Notes: a model not told the origin generated them from the sequence alone. A stretch of DNA of 64,000 nucleotides from an uncultured Actinomycetes bacterium (GCA_963751665.1 CAVVVF010000004.1:210141-274140); one strand, 5' to 3'; shown: positions 18,601 to 30,141, counted from the stretch's first letter. Program-made: numbers and translations.

Positions 18601-21600
18601 CTGCGCCTACAGCATCATCACCAACAAGGTCACCTGCGACCTGACCGGGACCGCTCGCCTCCGGCGCCTCGGCCGCCACGATCACCGTCACGGTGAAGGC
18701 CCCGAACGAGCCCGAGGTCCTGTCCAACTCGGCCACCGTGTCCTCCACGACGAGCGACCCGGTGCGCCGCCAACAACACCGACACCGAGGCCACCACGGT
18801 CAACGCCTCGGCCGACCTGTCGATCGACAAGAAGGACTGCGGCCGACCCCGTGGCGGCCGGCAAGAACTTCAGCTACACCCTCGACGTCGCCAACGGCGG
18901 GCCCTCGGGCGCCCACAACGTCAAGGTCGTGGACACCCTGCCGGCCGGCGTCACGTTCGTCTCGGCCTCGGGCGGGGCCACCTGGTCCTGCGCCTACAGC
19001 ATCATCACCAACAAGGTCACCTGCGACCTGACCGGGACCCTCGCCTCCGGCGCCTCGGCCGCCACGATCACCGTCACGTGAAGGCCCCGAACGAGCCCGA
19101 GGTCCTGTCCAACTCGGCCACGTGTCCTCCACGACGCGACCCGGTGGCCGCCAACAACACCGACACCGAGACCACCACGGTCAACGCCTCGGCCGACCTG
19201 TCGATCGACAAGAAGGACTCGGCCGACCCCGTGGCGGCCGGCACGAACTTCAGCTACACCCTCGACGTTGCAAACGGCGGGCCCTCGGGCGCCCACAACG
19301 TCAAGGTCGTGGACACCCTGCCCGCCGGCGTCACGTTCGTCTCGGCCTCGGGCGGGGCCACCTGGTCCTGCGCCTACAGCATCATCACCAACAAGGTCAC
19401 CTGCGACCTGACCGGGACCCTCGCCGCCGGCGCCTCGGCCGCCACGATCACCGTCACGGTGAAGGCCCCGAACGAGCCCGAGGTCCTGTCCAACTCGGCC
19501 ACCGTGTCCTCCACGACGATCGACCCGGTGGCCGCCAACAACACCGACACCGAGACCACCACGGTCAACGCCTCGGCCGACCTGTCGATCGACAAGAAGG
19601 ACTCGGCCGACCCCGTGGCGGCCGGCACGAACTTCAGCTACACCCTCGACGTCGCAAACGGCGGGCCCTCGGGCGCCCACAACGTCAAGGTCGTGGACAC
19701 CCTGCCGGCCGGCGTCACGTTCGTCTCGGCCTCGGGCGGGGCCACCTGGTCCTGCGCCTACAGCATCATCACCAACAAGGTCACCTGCGACCTGACCGGG
19801 ACCCTCGCCTCCGGCGCCTCGGCCGCCACGATCACCGTCACGGTGAAGGCCCCGAACGAGCCCGAGGTCCTGTCCAACTCGGCCACCGTGTCCTCCACGA
19901 CGAGCGACCCGGTGGCCGCCAACAACACCGACACCGAGACCACCACGGTCAACGCCTCGGCCGACCTGCGGGTCACCAAGTCCGACTCGCCCGACCCGGT
20001 GTTCGCCGGCAACAACGTCACCTACACGATCACCGTCTACAACGACGGGCCCTCCGACGCACCGGGGTGAGCTTGTCCGACGTCGTGCCGGCCGGCACCA
20101 GCTTCGTGTCGGCCTCTAACGGCGGCACGAACACCGCCGGGACCGTCACCTGGTCGCTCGGCACCATCGCGGCCAACGCGAACAAGGCCGTCACGCTCGT
20201 GGTGAAGGTCGATCCCTCGCGGACCACCGACATCTCCAACACCGCCACCGCGACCTCCGGTGTCTCGGACCCCAACACCGCCAACAACTCGGCGATCGAG
20301 GGCACCAAGGTCAACGCCTCGGCCGACCTGCGGGTCACCAAGTCCGACTCGCCCGACCCGGTGTTCGCCGGCAACAACGTCACCTACACGATCACCGTCT
20401 ACAACGACGGGCCCTCCGACGCCACCGGGGTGAGCTTGTCCGACGTCGTGCCGGCCGGCACCAGCTTCGTGTCGGCCTCTAACGGCGGCACGAACACCGC
20501 CGGGACCGTCACCTGGTCGCTCGGCACCATCGCGGCCAACGCGAACAAGGCCGTCACGCTCGTGGTGAAGGTCGATCCCGTCGCGGACCACCGACATCTC
20601 CAACACCGCCACCGCGACCTCCGGTGTCTCGGACCCCAACACCGCCAACAACTCGGCGATCGAGGGCACCAAGGTCAACGCCTCGGCCGACCTGCGGGTC
20701 ACCAAGTCCGACTCGCCCGACCCGGTGTTCGCCGGGCAACAACGTCACCTACACGCATCACCGTCTACAACGACGGGCCCTCCGACGCCACCGGGGTGAG
20801 CTTGTCCGACGTCGTGCCGGCCGGCACTCAGCTTCGTGTCGGCCTCTACCGGCGGCACGAACACCGCCGGGACCGTCACCTGGTCGCTCGGCACCATCGC
20901 GGCCAACGGCGAACAAGGCCGTCACGCTCGTGGTGAAGGTCGATCCCTCGCGGACCACCGACATCTCCAACACCGCCACCGCGACCTCCGGTGTCGCGCG
21001 ACCCCGACACCGCCAACAACTCGGCGATCGAGGGCACCAAGCGTCAACGCCTCGGCCGACCTGTCGCTCACCAAGACCGACTCGCCCGACCCGGTGTTCG
21101 CCGGCAACAGCCGCTCACCTACACGATCACCGTCTACAACGACGGGCCCTCCGACGCCACCGGCGTGAGCTTGACCGACGTCGTGCCGGCCGGCGTCACG
21201 CTTCGTGTCCGCCACCCGTCGCAGGGCACCTGCACCACCGCCGGGACCGTCACCTGCGTCGCTCGGCACGATCGCGGCCAACGGCGACCAAGGCCGTCAC
21301 GCTCGAGGTCAAGGTCGATCCCGCCGCGGACCGCCACGCGACATCTCCAACACCGCCACCGTCGACCTCCGGCGTCGCGGACCCCGACACCGCTCAACAA
21401 CTCGGCGATCGAGAGGCACCAAGGTCAACCCGGCGGCCGACCTGTCGGGTCACCAAGTCCGACTCGCCCGACCCGGTGTTCGCCGGCAACAACGCTCACC
21501 TACACGCTCACCGTCCACAACGCCGGGCCCTCCGACGCCACCGGGGTGAGCTTCACCGACGACGCTGCCGGCGGGCGTCACCTTCGTGTCGGCCTCCCTA

Positions 21601-23749
21601 ACAGGCGGCTCGCACACCGCGGGACCGTCACCTGCGTCGCTCGGCACGCATCGCGGCCAACGCGAACAAGGCCGTCACGCTCGTGGTCAAGGTCGATCCC
21701 TCGCGGACCACCGACATCTCCAACACCGCCACCGTGAGCTCCGGTGTCTCGGCACCCCAACACCGCCAACAACTCGGCGATCGAGGGCACCAAGGTCAAC
21801 GCCTCGCCGACCTGTCGGGTCACCAAGTCCGACTCGCCCGACCCGGTGTTCGCCGGCAACAACGTCACCTACACGATCACCGTCTACAACGACGGGCCCT
21901 CCGACGCCACCGGGGTGAGCTTGTCCGACGTCGTGCCGGCCGGCACCAGCTTCGTGTCGGCCTCTAACGGCGGCACGAACACCGCCGGGACCGTCACCTG
22001 GTCGCTCGGCACCATCGCGGCCAACGCGAACAAGGCCGTCACGCTCGTGGTGAAGGTCGATCCCTCGCGGACCACCGACATCTCCAACACCGCCACCGCG
22101 ACCTCCGGTGTCTCGGACCCCAACACCGCCAACAACTCGGCGATCGAGGGCACCAAGGTCAACACCTCGGCCGACCTGACGATTTCCAAGACGGGCCCCT
22201 CTTCCGCCTACTATTTGGACAACGTCACCTACTCGATCACAGTGAACAATCTGGGTCCGTCCGATGCCCAGGGCGTCGCCGTCACCGACTATCTCCCTGC
22301 TGCGGGCACAACATTCGTGTCGGCCTCCAACGGAGGCATTTACGACTCGGGCACAAACACCATGAAGTGGAACCTCAACACTTACACGGCCAGCCAAGGT
22401 TCGACGACGCTCACCCTCACCGTGAACGTTACCGGTTCGGCGCCGTCGTCGATCACAAACACCGCGAAGGTCACAACACGACACCTGATCCGTCCAGCCC
22501 AACACGAGTTCGTGGTCCACTCACGATCAACAAGAGGCTGGTTCAGCTGAGCACACTGGCGCGATATCCGGTCAGTGATCCGGTTGGGGCGAGCGCAACG
22601 CTCGCTGGACGTGACTAACGGCACGCCAGGGACCCCGTCGGCGGCAAGACAATCACGTTCTCGCTCGGTGGTCAGACCGTGTTTACCGCAATGACTGATG
22701 CCACAGGAATCGCGGCGACCAGTCTGGTTACGACCGACGTCGCGGACCGACTGAACCAGCCGGCTGGGCGCGAAGTACATCGCATCGAACTTCGCAGGGG
22801 ATGGCGTCTATGGGAGCCGAGTCCGATAACGATGCATACAACGTGCAACTTGAGGACGCAGATGTCACGATGATTACCCCGTCAGTTCTCTCGATTACTA
22901 CCTCGACCACGAACGCGAACCTCGAGTTGACCGTCGTTGAGAAATCGGACGGGTATCCGAGCTCGGACTTCGCGCCGACAACTGCTCCCTCGGGTCTACT
23001 CGGTCTCGACAACGCGCGTCCAATCAAGGTTGATGCGCAGTCGGTCACGAATGGAGCGACCGCTGCGACGTGCTCCGCGACTGATACCGCCCGAACGGCC
23101 AACCCGAGCATTGCGCTTGCACACTGCACGCTCATCGAACCTCGGTCCTGACGTCTACGAGCTCACCGCGACCATCCAGGGGAGCTACTTCACGGGTGGC
23201 GGAGTGGGTGCGCTCACCGTGTACAACCCGTCGCTCGGCTTCACCACGGGTGGCGGTTGGTACGCGGATCCCAACAGCGGCTACCGGTACAACTTCGGGT
23301 TCAACGCGAAGATCCTCAAGAGCGGTCAAGTCCAAGGATCGCTCCTCGCGATCGTGCGCACCCCGCAAGGGATCTTCGAGGTGAAGAGCAACGCTATGGG
23401 CGGTCTGATCGTGGCCCCCGTCAAGGACTCGACTGGAAACGTCCTGTACTACACGGCGACCTTCAGCGGGAAGGCCAACTACTCCATCCCGCCGTCGCAA
23501 CCGCTCCTTTGGTGCGGCGCTCGGAAGTGCGGCGACTACCGGTTCACCGTGTACGTCGAGGACCGCAAGGAACCGGGCGGCGGCTTCGACAAGTTCTGGA
23601 TCCAGGTCCTAAACTCGCCGACGGCGACCGGTGGGTTTGCGAACAAGCCGGTGACGCTCTTCTACATGACGTCGCCGGCGGCGAGCAACACGATCACGAT
23701 CGACAACGGCAACATCCAGGTGCCGCAGCCGCAGTCGAGCACGAAGTAG
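12618..23749 (+). CDS. giant secreted surface protein: signal/TM - Pro/Ser/Thr linker - S8 subtilisin-like peptidase - ~21 DUF11 repeats - Ig-like domain - C-terminal beta-rich domain; reading frame broken by >25 indels
   Basis: RBS GGGAGAAGG plus ATG 12618. Recognisable protein sequence can be followed continuously by hopping between the three + frames in the ORF track (12600, 13265, 13728, 14505, 14626, 14744, 15166, 15799, 16419 ... 21744, 22367, 22801, 22937), ending at stop 23749. No internal start/RBS or intergenic gap is evident. The single-gene interpretation is an inference. Confidence 0.55.
13230..14080 (+). other. S8 (subtilisin-like) peptidase catalytic domain within the giant gene
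   Basis: Catalytic triad motifs in order: AVLDTGVD (Asp codon 13344-13346), NGHGTW (His 13437-13439), LTGTSAAAAHVAAAAAL (Ser 13908-13910). Preceded by an inhibitor_I9-like propeptide (ASIIVQTVPGL...VASVDRDR). At least six frame switches inside the domain. Confidence 0.8.
16102..19953 (+). repeat. 10 tandem near-identical coding repeats, unit ~384 bp (128 aa, DUF11 type)
   Basis: The marker GCCTCGGCCGACCTGTCGATCGAC recurs at 16102, 16485, 16880, 17265, 17647, 18034, 18419, 18805, 19186, 19570 (next family starts at 19954). The two cleanest units are exactly 384 bp. Unit protein: ADLSIDKKDSADPVAAGTNFSYTLDVANGGPSGAHNVKVVDTLPAGVTFVSASGGATWSCAYSIITNKVTCDLTGTLASGASAATITVTVKAPNEPEVLSNSATVSSTTSDPVAANNTDTETTTVNAS. 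Confidence 0.9.
19954..22163 (+). repeat. 6 tandem coding repeats of a second DUF11 family, unit ~363 bp (121 aa), plus one divergent terminal unit to ~22500
   Basis: Marker ...GCCGACCTGCGGGTCACCAAGTCCGAC at 19954, 20316, 20680, 21049, ~21429, 21801 (next unit at 22164). Unit protein: ADLRVTKSDSPDPVFAGNNVTYTITVYNDGPSDATGVSLSDVVPAGTSFVSASNGGTNTAGTVTWSLGTIAANANKAVTLVVKVDPSRTTDISNTATATSGVSDPNTANNSAIEGTKVNAS. Confidence 0.9.
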
Positions 23750-23919
23750 GGAGAGACCGTATCGGGCATCGGCCAAGGATTGGAGAGGGCCGGGTTGAGG
23801 CCTGGCCCTCGTGATAAGGGAGCGTCCACGCGCCCAGAAACTGTCTCTCGCGCTCTCACACAACCTGCGGTAGCATCAGCCGAGCTGCGACCGGTCAAGA
23901 GAAACAGCGGGAGGACAGT

Positions 23920-24367
23920 ATGAGGCGTCTGGCGCTGATGCTGGCGGTCTCGGTTTCCGTTCTGCTCTCGGGGGTGGCGGTTGCCTCGGTGATGGCGAGT
24001 TCCGGGCAGTCGCCGAATCCTACCGCGGGCGACCGGTCGGATCACCACGAGACAGCCGATGAGGCCGGCGTCCACGGCGGGCCGATCGATCGGTTCCACG
24101 GCTCGGGCTCCTGCGGGCTCACGAGCGTCTGGGGCGCTCCCGGGGAACTGGACCCACGGCGACTACGTGAGCGCGGTGGCCACGGCGACGGGGGACTCCA
24201 CGATGATCGTCCAGGCCGCCCAGAGCGACTGCGGCAAGCCCATGGTGGCGGTGAACCACGGCGGCTCGCCCATCGGCGGCCTTCCGTCCGAGGCGGCCCC
24301 GCAAGCGAAGGAGCATGCGGCGGCGCACGTCGGAGCGGGGACACCCGGAGGCTCGCCCGGGAGCTGA
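23920..24367 (+). CDS. hypothetical small secreted protein (one frameshift near 24125)
   Basis: Signal peptide MRRLALMLAVSVSVLLSGVAVASVMA in ORF 23920. It continues in ORF 24059 as ...GNWTHGDYVSAVATATGDSTMIVQAAQSDCGKPMV... to stop 24367. No family recognised. Confidence 0.45.
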
Positions 24368-24381
24368 CCGGACTCCGGACG

Positions 24382-25012
24382 CTATTCGATGATCCCCAGC
24401 CGAAAGGCCTTGACCACCGCGTCGGTCCGATCGCCCACCTCGAGGCGCTTGAAGATCCGCGCGACATGGGTCTTCACCGTGGTCGGCGAGAGCCCGAGCG
24501 ACTCGGCGATCTGGCGATTGCGGTAGCCCCGTCCCAACAGGTGCAGCACGTCCATCTCTCGCCTGGTCAACCCGTACTGCTCGCCGCGTGACTTTCCTTC
24601 CCCCGCCAGGGCATCCCACACGCTGTTGTCGAGCACCGCGTGGCCGTGCGCGACCATCCGAACGGTATCGAGCACTTCCTCGCCTTCGGCGGTCTTCAGG
24701 ACGTAGGCCTTTGCCCCCGCCCTCATCGCCTCGGTCGCGTACGCCGGGTCCTCGTAGGCGGTCAGGATGATGACGCTGGACGTCGGGATGCTGGCGGCTC
24801 AGCCTGCGGGTGACCTCCAGGCCGTCGATCCCCGGAAGCCGGATGTCGACGAGGAAGACCTCCGGCTCGCCGGCCTCGGATCCGGCGAGCTCCATCGCCT
24901 CCTCGCCGTCGGCGGCCTCGCCCACCACCACCATGTCGCCCGCCGATTCCAGGAGCTGGACGAGGCCCTCGCGTGCCAGGGGATGGTCCTCGGCGACGCC
25001 GACCCTGATCAC
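24382..25012 (-). CDS. NarL/LuxR-family response regulator (REC + HTH), orphan; one 1-nt indel near 24780
   Basis: The receiver domain reads VIRVGVAEDHPLAREGLVQLLE...VFLVDIRLPGIDGLEVTRRL...HPDV in ORF 24119-25174. After the frame switch it reads VIILTAYEDPAYATEAMRAGAKAYVLK. The LuxR-type HTH is LTRREMDVLHLLGRGYRNRQIAESLGLSPTTVKTHVARIFKRL (ORF 24382-24726). No histidine kinase is adjacent. The start (GTG 25012) is uncertain. Confidence 0.8.
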
Positions 25013-25199
25013 CTTGTCCGGCGTGATCTGTGCCCCACCTTCTCGCGACTTCCTTGGTGATCGGTTTCTCACCCTGGGGCCGCCGCGTCTATCCCTCCCT
25101 CGCGGGATTCCAGACGGCGAATGGTCTTCCCCCATCTGCCCGGCAGAGGGGTCGGCGCGACGGAGATGAAGCAATGCCGTTCGCCTATCGGTTCGGCGA

Positions 25200-27507
25200 G
25201 TGTGGCCGTGGGATTATCGGCCCGTGGCCGACCCCGGTGAGATGGCGGCGCCCGTTCGAGAGGCGCGGTGGGACGAGGCCGTCCCTCGGCGCCCTCCGGC
25301 GCCGAGATGGAGGACCCGGGTGCGACGGCGCCTCGGCCGGCTCCCGGAGCTTCCTTCGGACGAGGGCAAGCGGCTCGGGCCGCTAGCCCTCGTCGCCATC
25401 GCCGTCGGGTTCAACCTCTACGTCCTGCGGGCCGAGATCCTGCCGGTCCTGTACCTGAACGACAGCTCCGTGCACCTGTCGATGGTTCGGTGGGCGGTCG
25501 CGCGGATGCAGGAGGGCCACCTGCCGTTCGACGGCTGGTACCCCTACCTCGGCCTGGGGTCCTCGCTCTTCCATCACTACCAGAGCCTGCCGCACACCTT
25601 GACGGGCACGCTGGGGCTGGCCATCGGAGCCGACCGGGCCTACGCGGGAACGCTGTACGTCCTGCTGGCCACGTGGCCCATCAGCGTGTACCTGGGCGCG
25701 CGGTGGCTGGGGTGGGAACGGTGGGCGGCGGGGGCCGCGGCGCTCGTCTCCCCGCTCGTCCTGAGCACCCCCGGGTACGGCTACGAGCACGGCAGCTACA
25801 CGTGGCGCGGCCTCGGCGTGTGGTCGCAGGAGTGGGCGATGTGGCTGCTCCCGCTGGCACTCGGCCTGTCGTGGCGGGCGGTGAGCCGGAGCACGCCGAC
25901 CCGCTACGCGGTCGCCGCGCTCGTCGTGGGGCTCACCGCGGCCTGTCACTTCCTCACCGGCTACCTCGCGTTCCTGGCGATCGGGGTGTGGGTGCTGATC
26001 CGCCCGAGCGAGCTGTGGAAGCGCATCGGCCGGGCGGCGCTGGTGGGGTTCGGGGCGCTCCTGATCATCTCCTGGGTGGTCGTTCCGCTCCTCCTCGACA
26101 GCCGATGGACCAGCCAGAGCCGGTACCTGAAGGGGACCTTCTGGTTCGACTCCTTCGGCGCGCGCAAGGTCCTGGCATGGCTGTTCACGGGGCAGCTCTT
26201 CGACGGGACCCGGACGATCCCCGTGATCAGCGTGCTCGTCGCGGTCGGAGCGGGCGTCTGCATCGCGCGCTTCCGTCGTGACGAACGCGCGCGGGCGCTG
26301 CTCGGCCTGCTCGCGCTCTCGCTGCTGCTGTTCTTCGGCCGGCCCACGCTGGGGCCGTTGCTGAAGCTGCTGCCGGGGAGCGACGACCTGCTGCTGCACC
26401 GGTACATCATGGGCGTGCACCTTGCGGGCATCATGCTCGCGGGCGTGGGCGGGGCCTGGCTCGGCCTGGCCGCGGTGCGGGGTGTGCGACGGCTCGGCTC
26501 CCAGCGTGGCGCCTGCGGTGAGGACGGCCGGAGTCGCCGTGGCCTGCTTCGTCGTCCTCGCGCCCGCGGTGGGGGAGCGGTGGGCGTTCGACCAGAGGGA
26601 CGTCGGTTGGGTCCGACACCAGCGGACGATCGACGCAACCGACGGCGCCGCCATCCGCTCGCTGGTCGAGGAGGCCAAGGCCCGCGGGCCAGGTCGGATC
26701 TACGCCGGGCTGTCGGGCGGCTGGGGCGCGAACTTCCGGCTGTGGGAGGTGCCGGTGTACTCGGCCCTGCTCGCCTACGGTGCCGACAGCGTCGGGTTCG
26801 TGCTTCGGACGACATCGCTCTCGTCTGACTTCGAAGGCCTCTTCGACGATGGGAATCCCTCGCAGTACGACATGTTCGACGTCCGCTATCTGATCCTTCC
26901 GGCCACCCGGCAGCCGACGGTGCCGGCGACCCTGCTCGACACGCGCAACGGCAACACGCTGTGGGAGGTCCCGACCAGTGGGTACGTCCAGGTGGTGGAC
27001 GCCGTCCTTCCGCCGATCACGGCCGATCGAAGCAACCTGTCGCGCCGAGCCGAGTCCTTCCTGTCGTCCAGCCAGCTCGTTGCAGGGCAGTTCCCGACCG
27101 TCGCGTTCGCCGGGGAGCCTGCGGCCCCTCCCACCTTCGCCGGTGGCGAGCCCCCGTCGGGCCCGGCGGGCTCCATCGAGTTCGAGGACGACCGGCTCGC
27201 CGATGGACTCGTCACCGCGCAGATCGTGGCCAATCGCCCGGCCATGGTCATCCTGAAGTCGTCCTTCGATCCCAGGTGGGAGGTCGTGGTCGACGGGGTG
27301 CCGCTCGCGCCGCAGATGGCGGCCCCCAGCTTCGTGGCGCGCGAGGTGCCGGCGGGCCGGCACTCGATCGCGTTCCGCTATCGGCCGTTCCCTCGCTACG
27401 ACCTGCTGTTCGGGATCGGCGCGCTCGCGTTCGTGGGGCTGTGGTTCGGGCCGGGCCTCGTGGCGTGGCGGGTTCGGGGGCATCGCCGGCGGCGGGAGGC
27501 CCGGTGA
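25200..27507 (+). CDS. large polytopic membrane protein, YfhO-like GT-C glycosyltransferase candidate; frame switch near 26500-26510
   Basis: Many TM segments in ORF 25200-26828. It continues in ORF 26422-27507 with an extracytoplasmic C-domain ending ...[42 protein letters not shown], a pattern I associate with YfhO-family proteins. Family call is by recollection only. Confidence 0.55.
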
Positions 27508-28074
27508 GCGGAGCGCGGACCCCGTCCGAAGGCGTGCCCCCCACCTCGATCCATCCCACCGCGGTGGTGGAGGACGGCGCGCAGATCGGGGCCGGCACCA
27601 GAGTCTGGCATCACGTCCACGTCCGGAGCGGGGCCCGCATCGGGGAACGGTGCGTCCTCGGCAAGTCCGTCTTCGTCGATTCGGGCGCGGTGGTCGGGTC
27701 GGGATGCAAGGTCCAGAACTTCGTGTCGATCTACTCGGGCGTGACGCTCGAGGACGACGTGTTCGTGGGACCCTCCGCCGTGTTCACGAACGATCGGTAC
27801 CCCCGGGCGAGCGGGGAAGGCTGGGAGCCGCTGCCGACGCTGGTGCGGCAGGGGCGCCTCGATCGGCGCGAACGCGACGATCCTCCCCGGCCTGACCATC
27901 GGGGAGTGGGCGATGGTCGGCGCCGGTGCGGTCGTGACCAGGGACGTCGAGCCCCACCGGCTGGTCGCCGGCAACCCGGCTAAGGCCGTGGGATGGGCGT
28001 GCCGATGCGGCAGGAGGGTCCCGGGGGGGCCCGGTGCAGCCTGTCCTTCGTGCGGCGAGGTGCTGTCGTTGTGA
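27504..28074 (+). CDS. left-handed beta-helix N-acetyltransferase, WbpD/WlbB-like (3-amino-sugar N-acetyltransferase); 1-nt insertion at 27855
   Basis: [87 protein letters not shown] closely matches the WlbB/WbpD pattern. After the insertion it continues [48 protein letters not shown] to stop 28072-28074. Confidence 0.75.
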
Positions 28075-29189
28075 GCGACGTGGTGGACATGGGGGGCCCG
28101 CGTATCGGCGACGAGGAGCGGGAGGCGGTCGATCGCGTCCTTCGGAGCGGCCGCCTGGCGCAGGGCCCGGAGGTGGAGGCGTTCGAGGCGGAGCTGGCCC
28201 GCGACCTCGCCGGGACGGCCCACGCGGTGGCGGTGGCCTCCGGCAGCGCGGCGCTCGATCTCTGTCTCGTCGCGCTCGGCGTCGGGCGAGGGGGACGAGG
28301 TGGTGACCACGCCGTTCACGTTCCCCGCGACCGTGAACGCCGCGCTTCGATCGGGCGCGACCGTCCGCTTCGCCGACATCGGCGATGATTTCCTTCTCGA
28401 TCCGGAGGCCGCGGCAGAGGCGCTCACGGATCGGACCACGCTGATCCTGGCGGTGCACCTGTACGGGCTGCCGTGCGACGCGCGACGCGCTCGCCGCCCT
28501 GGGCCGGCCGGTGCTCGAGGACGCGGCCCAGGCGCACCTCGCGACCCTTGGCGGCCGGTCGGGCCGGCAGCCTCGGCGTTGCCGGGTGCTTCTCCTTCTA
28601 CGCGTCCAAGAACATGACCACCGGCGAGGGCGGCGCCGTCACGACCGGCGACCCGGAGCTTGCCGAGCGCCTGCGGGTCCTTCGGAACCAGGGGATGCGG
28701 GGCCGCTACGACTTCGCCGCGATCGGGTGGAACCTCCGGCTGACGGAGGTGGCCGCCGCGATCGGCCGGGAGCAGCTCCGGCGCCTTCCCGCGTGGACGG
28801 CCGCCCGCCGGCGGGTGGCGTCGATGCTGTCGGAGGCGCTCGGCGACATCGAGGGCGTGATCCTGCCCGCCGTGCCCGCGGGGCGGGATCACGCCTGGCA
28901 CCGGTACACGATCCGGCTCGACCCCTCGATCGACCGCGACGCGGTCGGGGCCAAGATGGAGGCCGACGGGATCGAGGCCCGCGTGTACTACCCGCAGGTC
29001 GTTCCGGACATGGAGCCGTACGTCGGGCATCCCCGGATCGACGTGAGCCAGCCGCTCGAGCGTGCTCGGGCTGCGGCCCGCACGGTGCTCTCGGTCCCGT
29101 GCCACCCCGGCATCGGGGAGGCAGACGTGGCCCGGATGGCGGGCTCGCTTCGGGCCGCCCTGTCCTCCGCCGGCGGGGGTCGGCCATGA
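28071..29189 (+). CDS. DegT/DnrJ/EryC1-family sugar aminotransferase, WbpE/WlbC-like; 3-4 frame switches
   Basis: Fragments in ORFs 27993, 28300, 28511 and 28473 join as ...[49 protein letters not shown]...[12 protein letters not shown]...LEDAAQAH...[19 protein letters not shown]...LRNQG... The YASKN motif contains the PLP lysine. An alternative start is ATG 28089. Confidence 0.75.
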
Positions 29190-30136
29190 CGGTCTCGGTG
29201 GTGGTGGTGGGCGGTGGGTTCATGGGGACGAACCACGCGCGCGTCCTTTCGGCCCTCCCCGGAGCCCAGCTCGTCGCGATCGTGGACCGCGACCAGGCGC
29301 GAGGGCGCCTGGTCGCGGCCGAGTTCGGCTGCGACTACGCGGCGTCGATGGACGATGTCGGCGTCCACGTGGACGCCGCCATCATCGCCACGCCGACCGA
29401 GACCCACCGCGCGGTTGCCGTCCAGGCCCTGGCCCGCGGGTGGAACGTGCTGGTTGAGAAGCCCTTCGCCCCCACCATCCGGGAGGCCGAGGAGATCGTG
29501 TCCGCCGCCGAGGACGCGAATCGCATCCTCGCCGTCGGCCACATCGAGCGGTTCAACCCCGTGTGCCTGGACCTGCCGAGGTTCGTGACCGAGCCGCTGT
29601 TCATCCAGACCCGCCGGCTGTCTCCCTACAGCGAGCGGGTCAAGGAGGGCGTCGTGCGGGACATGATGATCCACGACGTCGACCTGGTCCTGTGGCTGGC
29701 CCATTCGGAGCCGGTGCGCGTCACGGCCGACGTCTCGTCGTGGCGCTCGGCCACCGAGGACCTGGCCATCGCCACGATCGTCTTCGCCTCCGGCCTGGTG
29801 GCGCACTTGACCGCCACCCGCGTCGGACAGGACAAGGTCCGGCAGATGGACATCCTCCAACGTGAATCGCTTGTGAATGCCGACCTCCTGCGGCAGGACA
29901 TCACGATCCGCCGCCAAGCCACCGCGGAGTACCCCGAGTCGGGGGCCCGTCGGCTGAAGGAGGCCTCGGTCATGGAGATCCCGTACCTCGAGCACCGTGG
30001 GGAGCCCCTGTGGCTGGAGCTCCAGGACTTCGTGGACGCCGTCGCGTCGGGCGGCAGGCCGCTGGTCGACGGGCGGGCCGGGGTGGCGGCGCTCACCCTG
30101 TGCGAGCGGATCCTGGACGCGGCGAAGCGGGACTGA
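29186..30136 (+). CDS. Gfo/Idh/MocA-family NAD-dependent sugar oxidoreductase, WbpB/WlbA-like
   Basis: Intact 316 aa. ATG overlaps the upstream stop. Rossmann motif VVVVGGGFMGTNHARVL and EKPFAPTIREAEEIV, typical of the family. Confidence 0.75.
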   Translation: MTVSVVVVGGGFMGTNHARVLSALPGAQLVAIVDRDQARGRLVAAEFGCDYAASMDDVGVHVDAAIIATPTETHRAVAVQALARGWNVLVEKPFAPTIREAEEIVSAAEDANRILAVGHIERFNPVCLDLPRFVTEPLFIQTRRLSPYSERVKEGVVRDMMIHDVDLVLWLAHSEPVRVTADVSSWRSATEDLAIATIVFASGLVAHLTATRVGQDKVRQMDILQRESLVNADLLRQDITIRRQATAEYPESGARRLKEASVMEIPYLEHRGEPLWLELQDFVDAVASGGRPLVDGRAGVAALTLCERILDAAKRD

Positions 30137-30141
30137 TCGGG

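Noticed and set aside
16102-22163. Regular tandem repeats as a possible CRISPR array
   Set aside because: The units are 363-384 bp, contiguous without unique spacers, and encode DUF11 protein domains. No cas genes are present.
22613-22615. In-frame TAA within the giant gene as its real stop
   Set aside because: Sensible Ig-like domain sequence (LDVTNGTPGTP...GGKTITFSLGG) continues through the site when two nearby compensating indels are allowed. The TAA belongs to the locally wrong frame.
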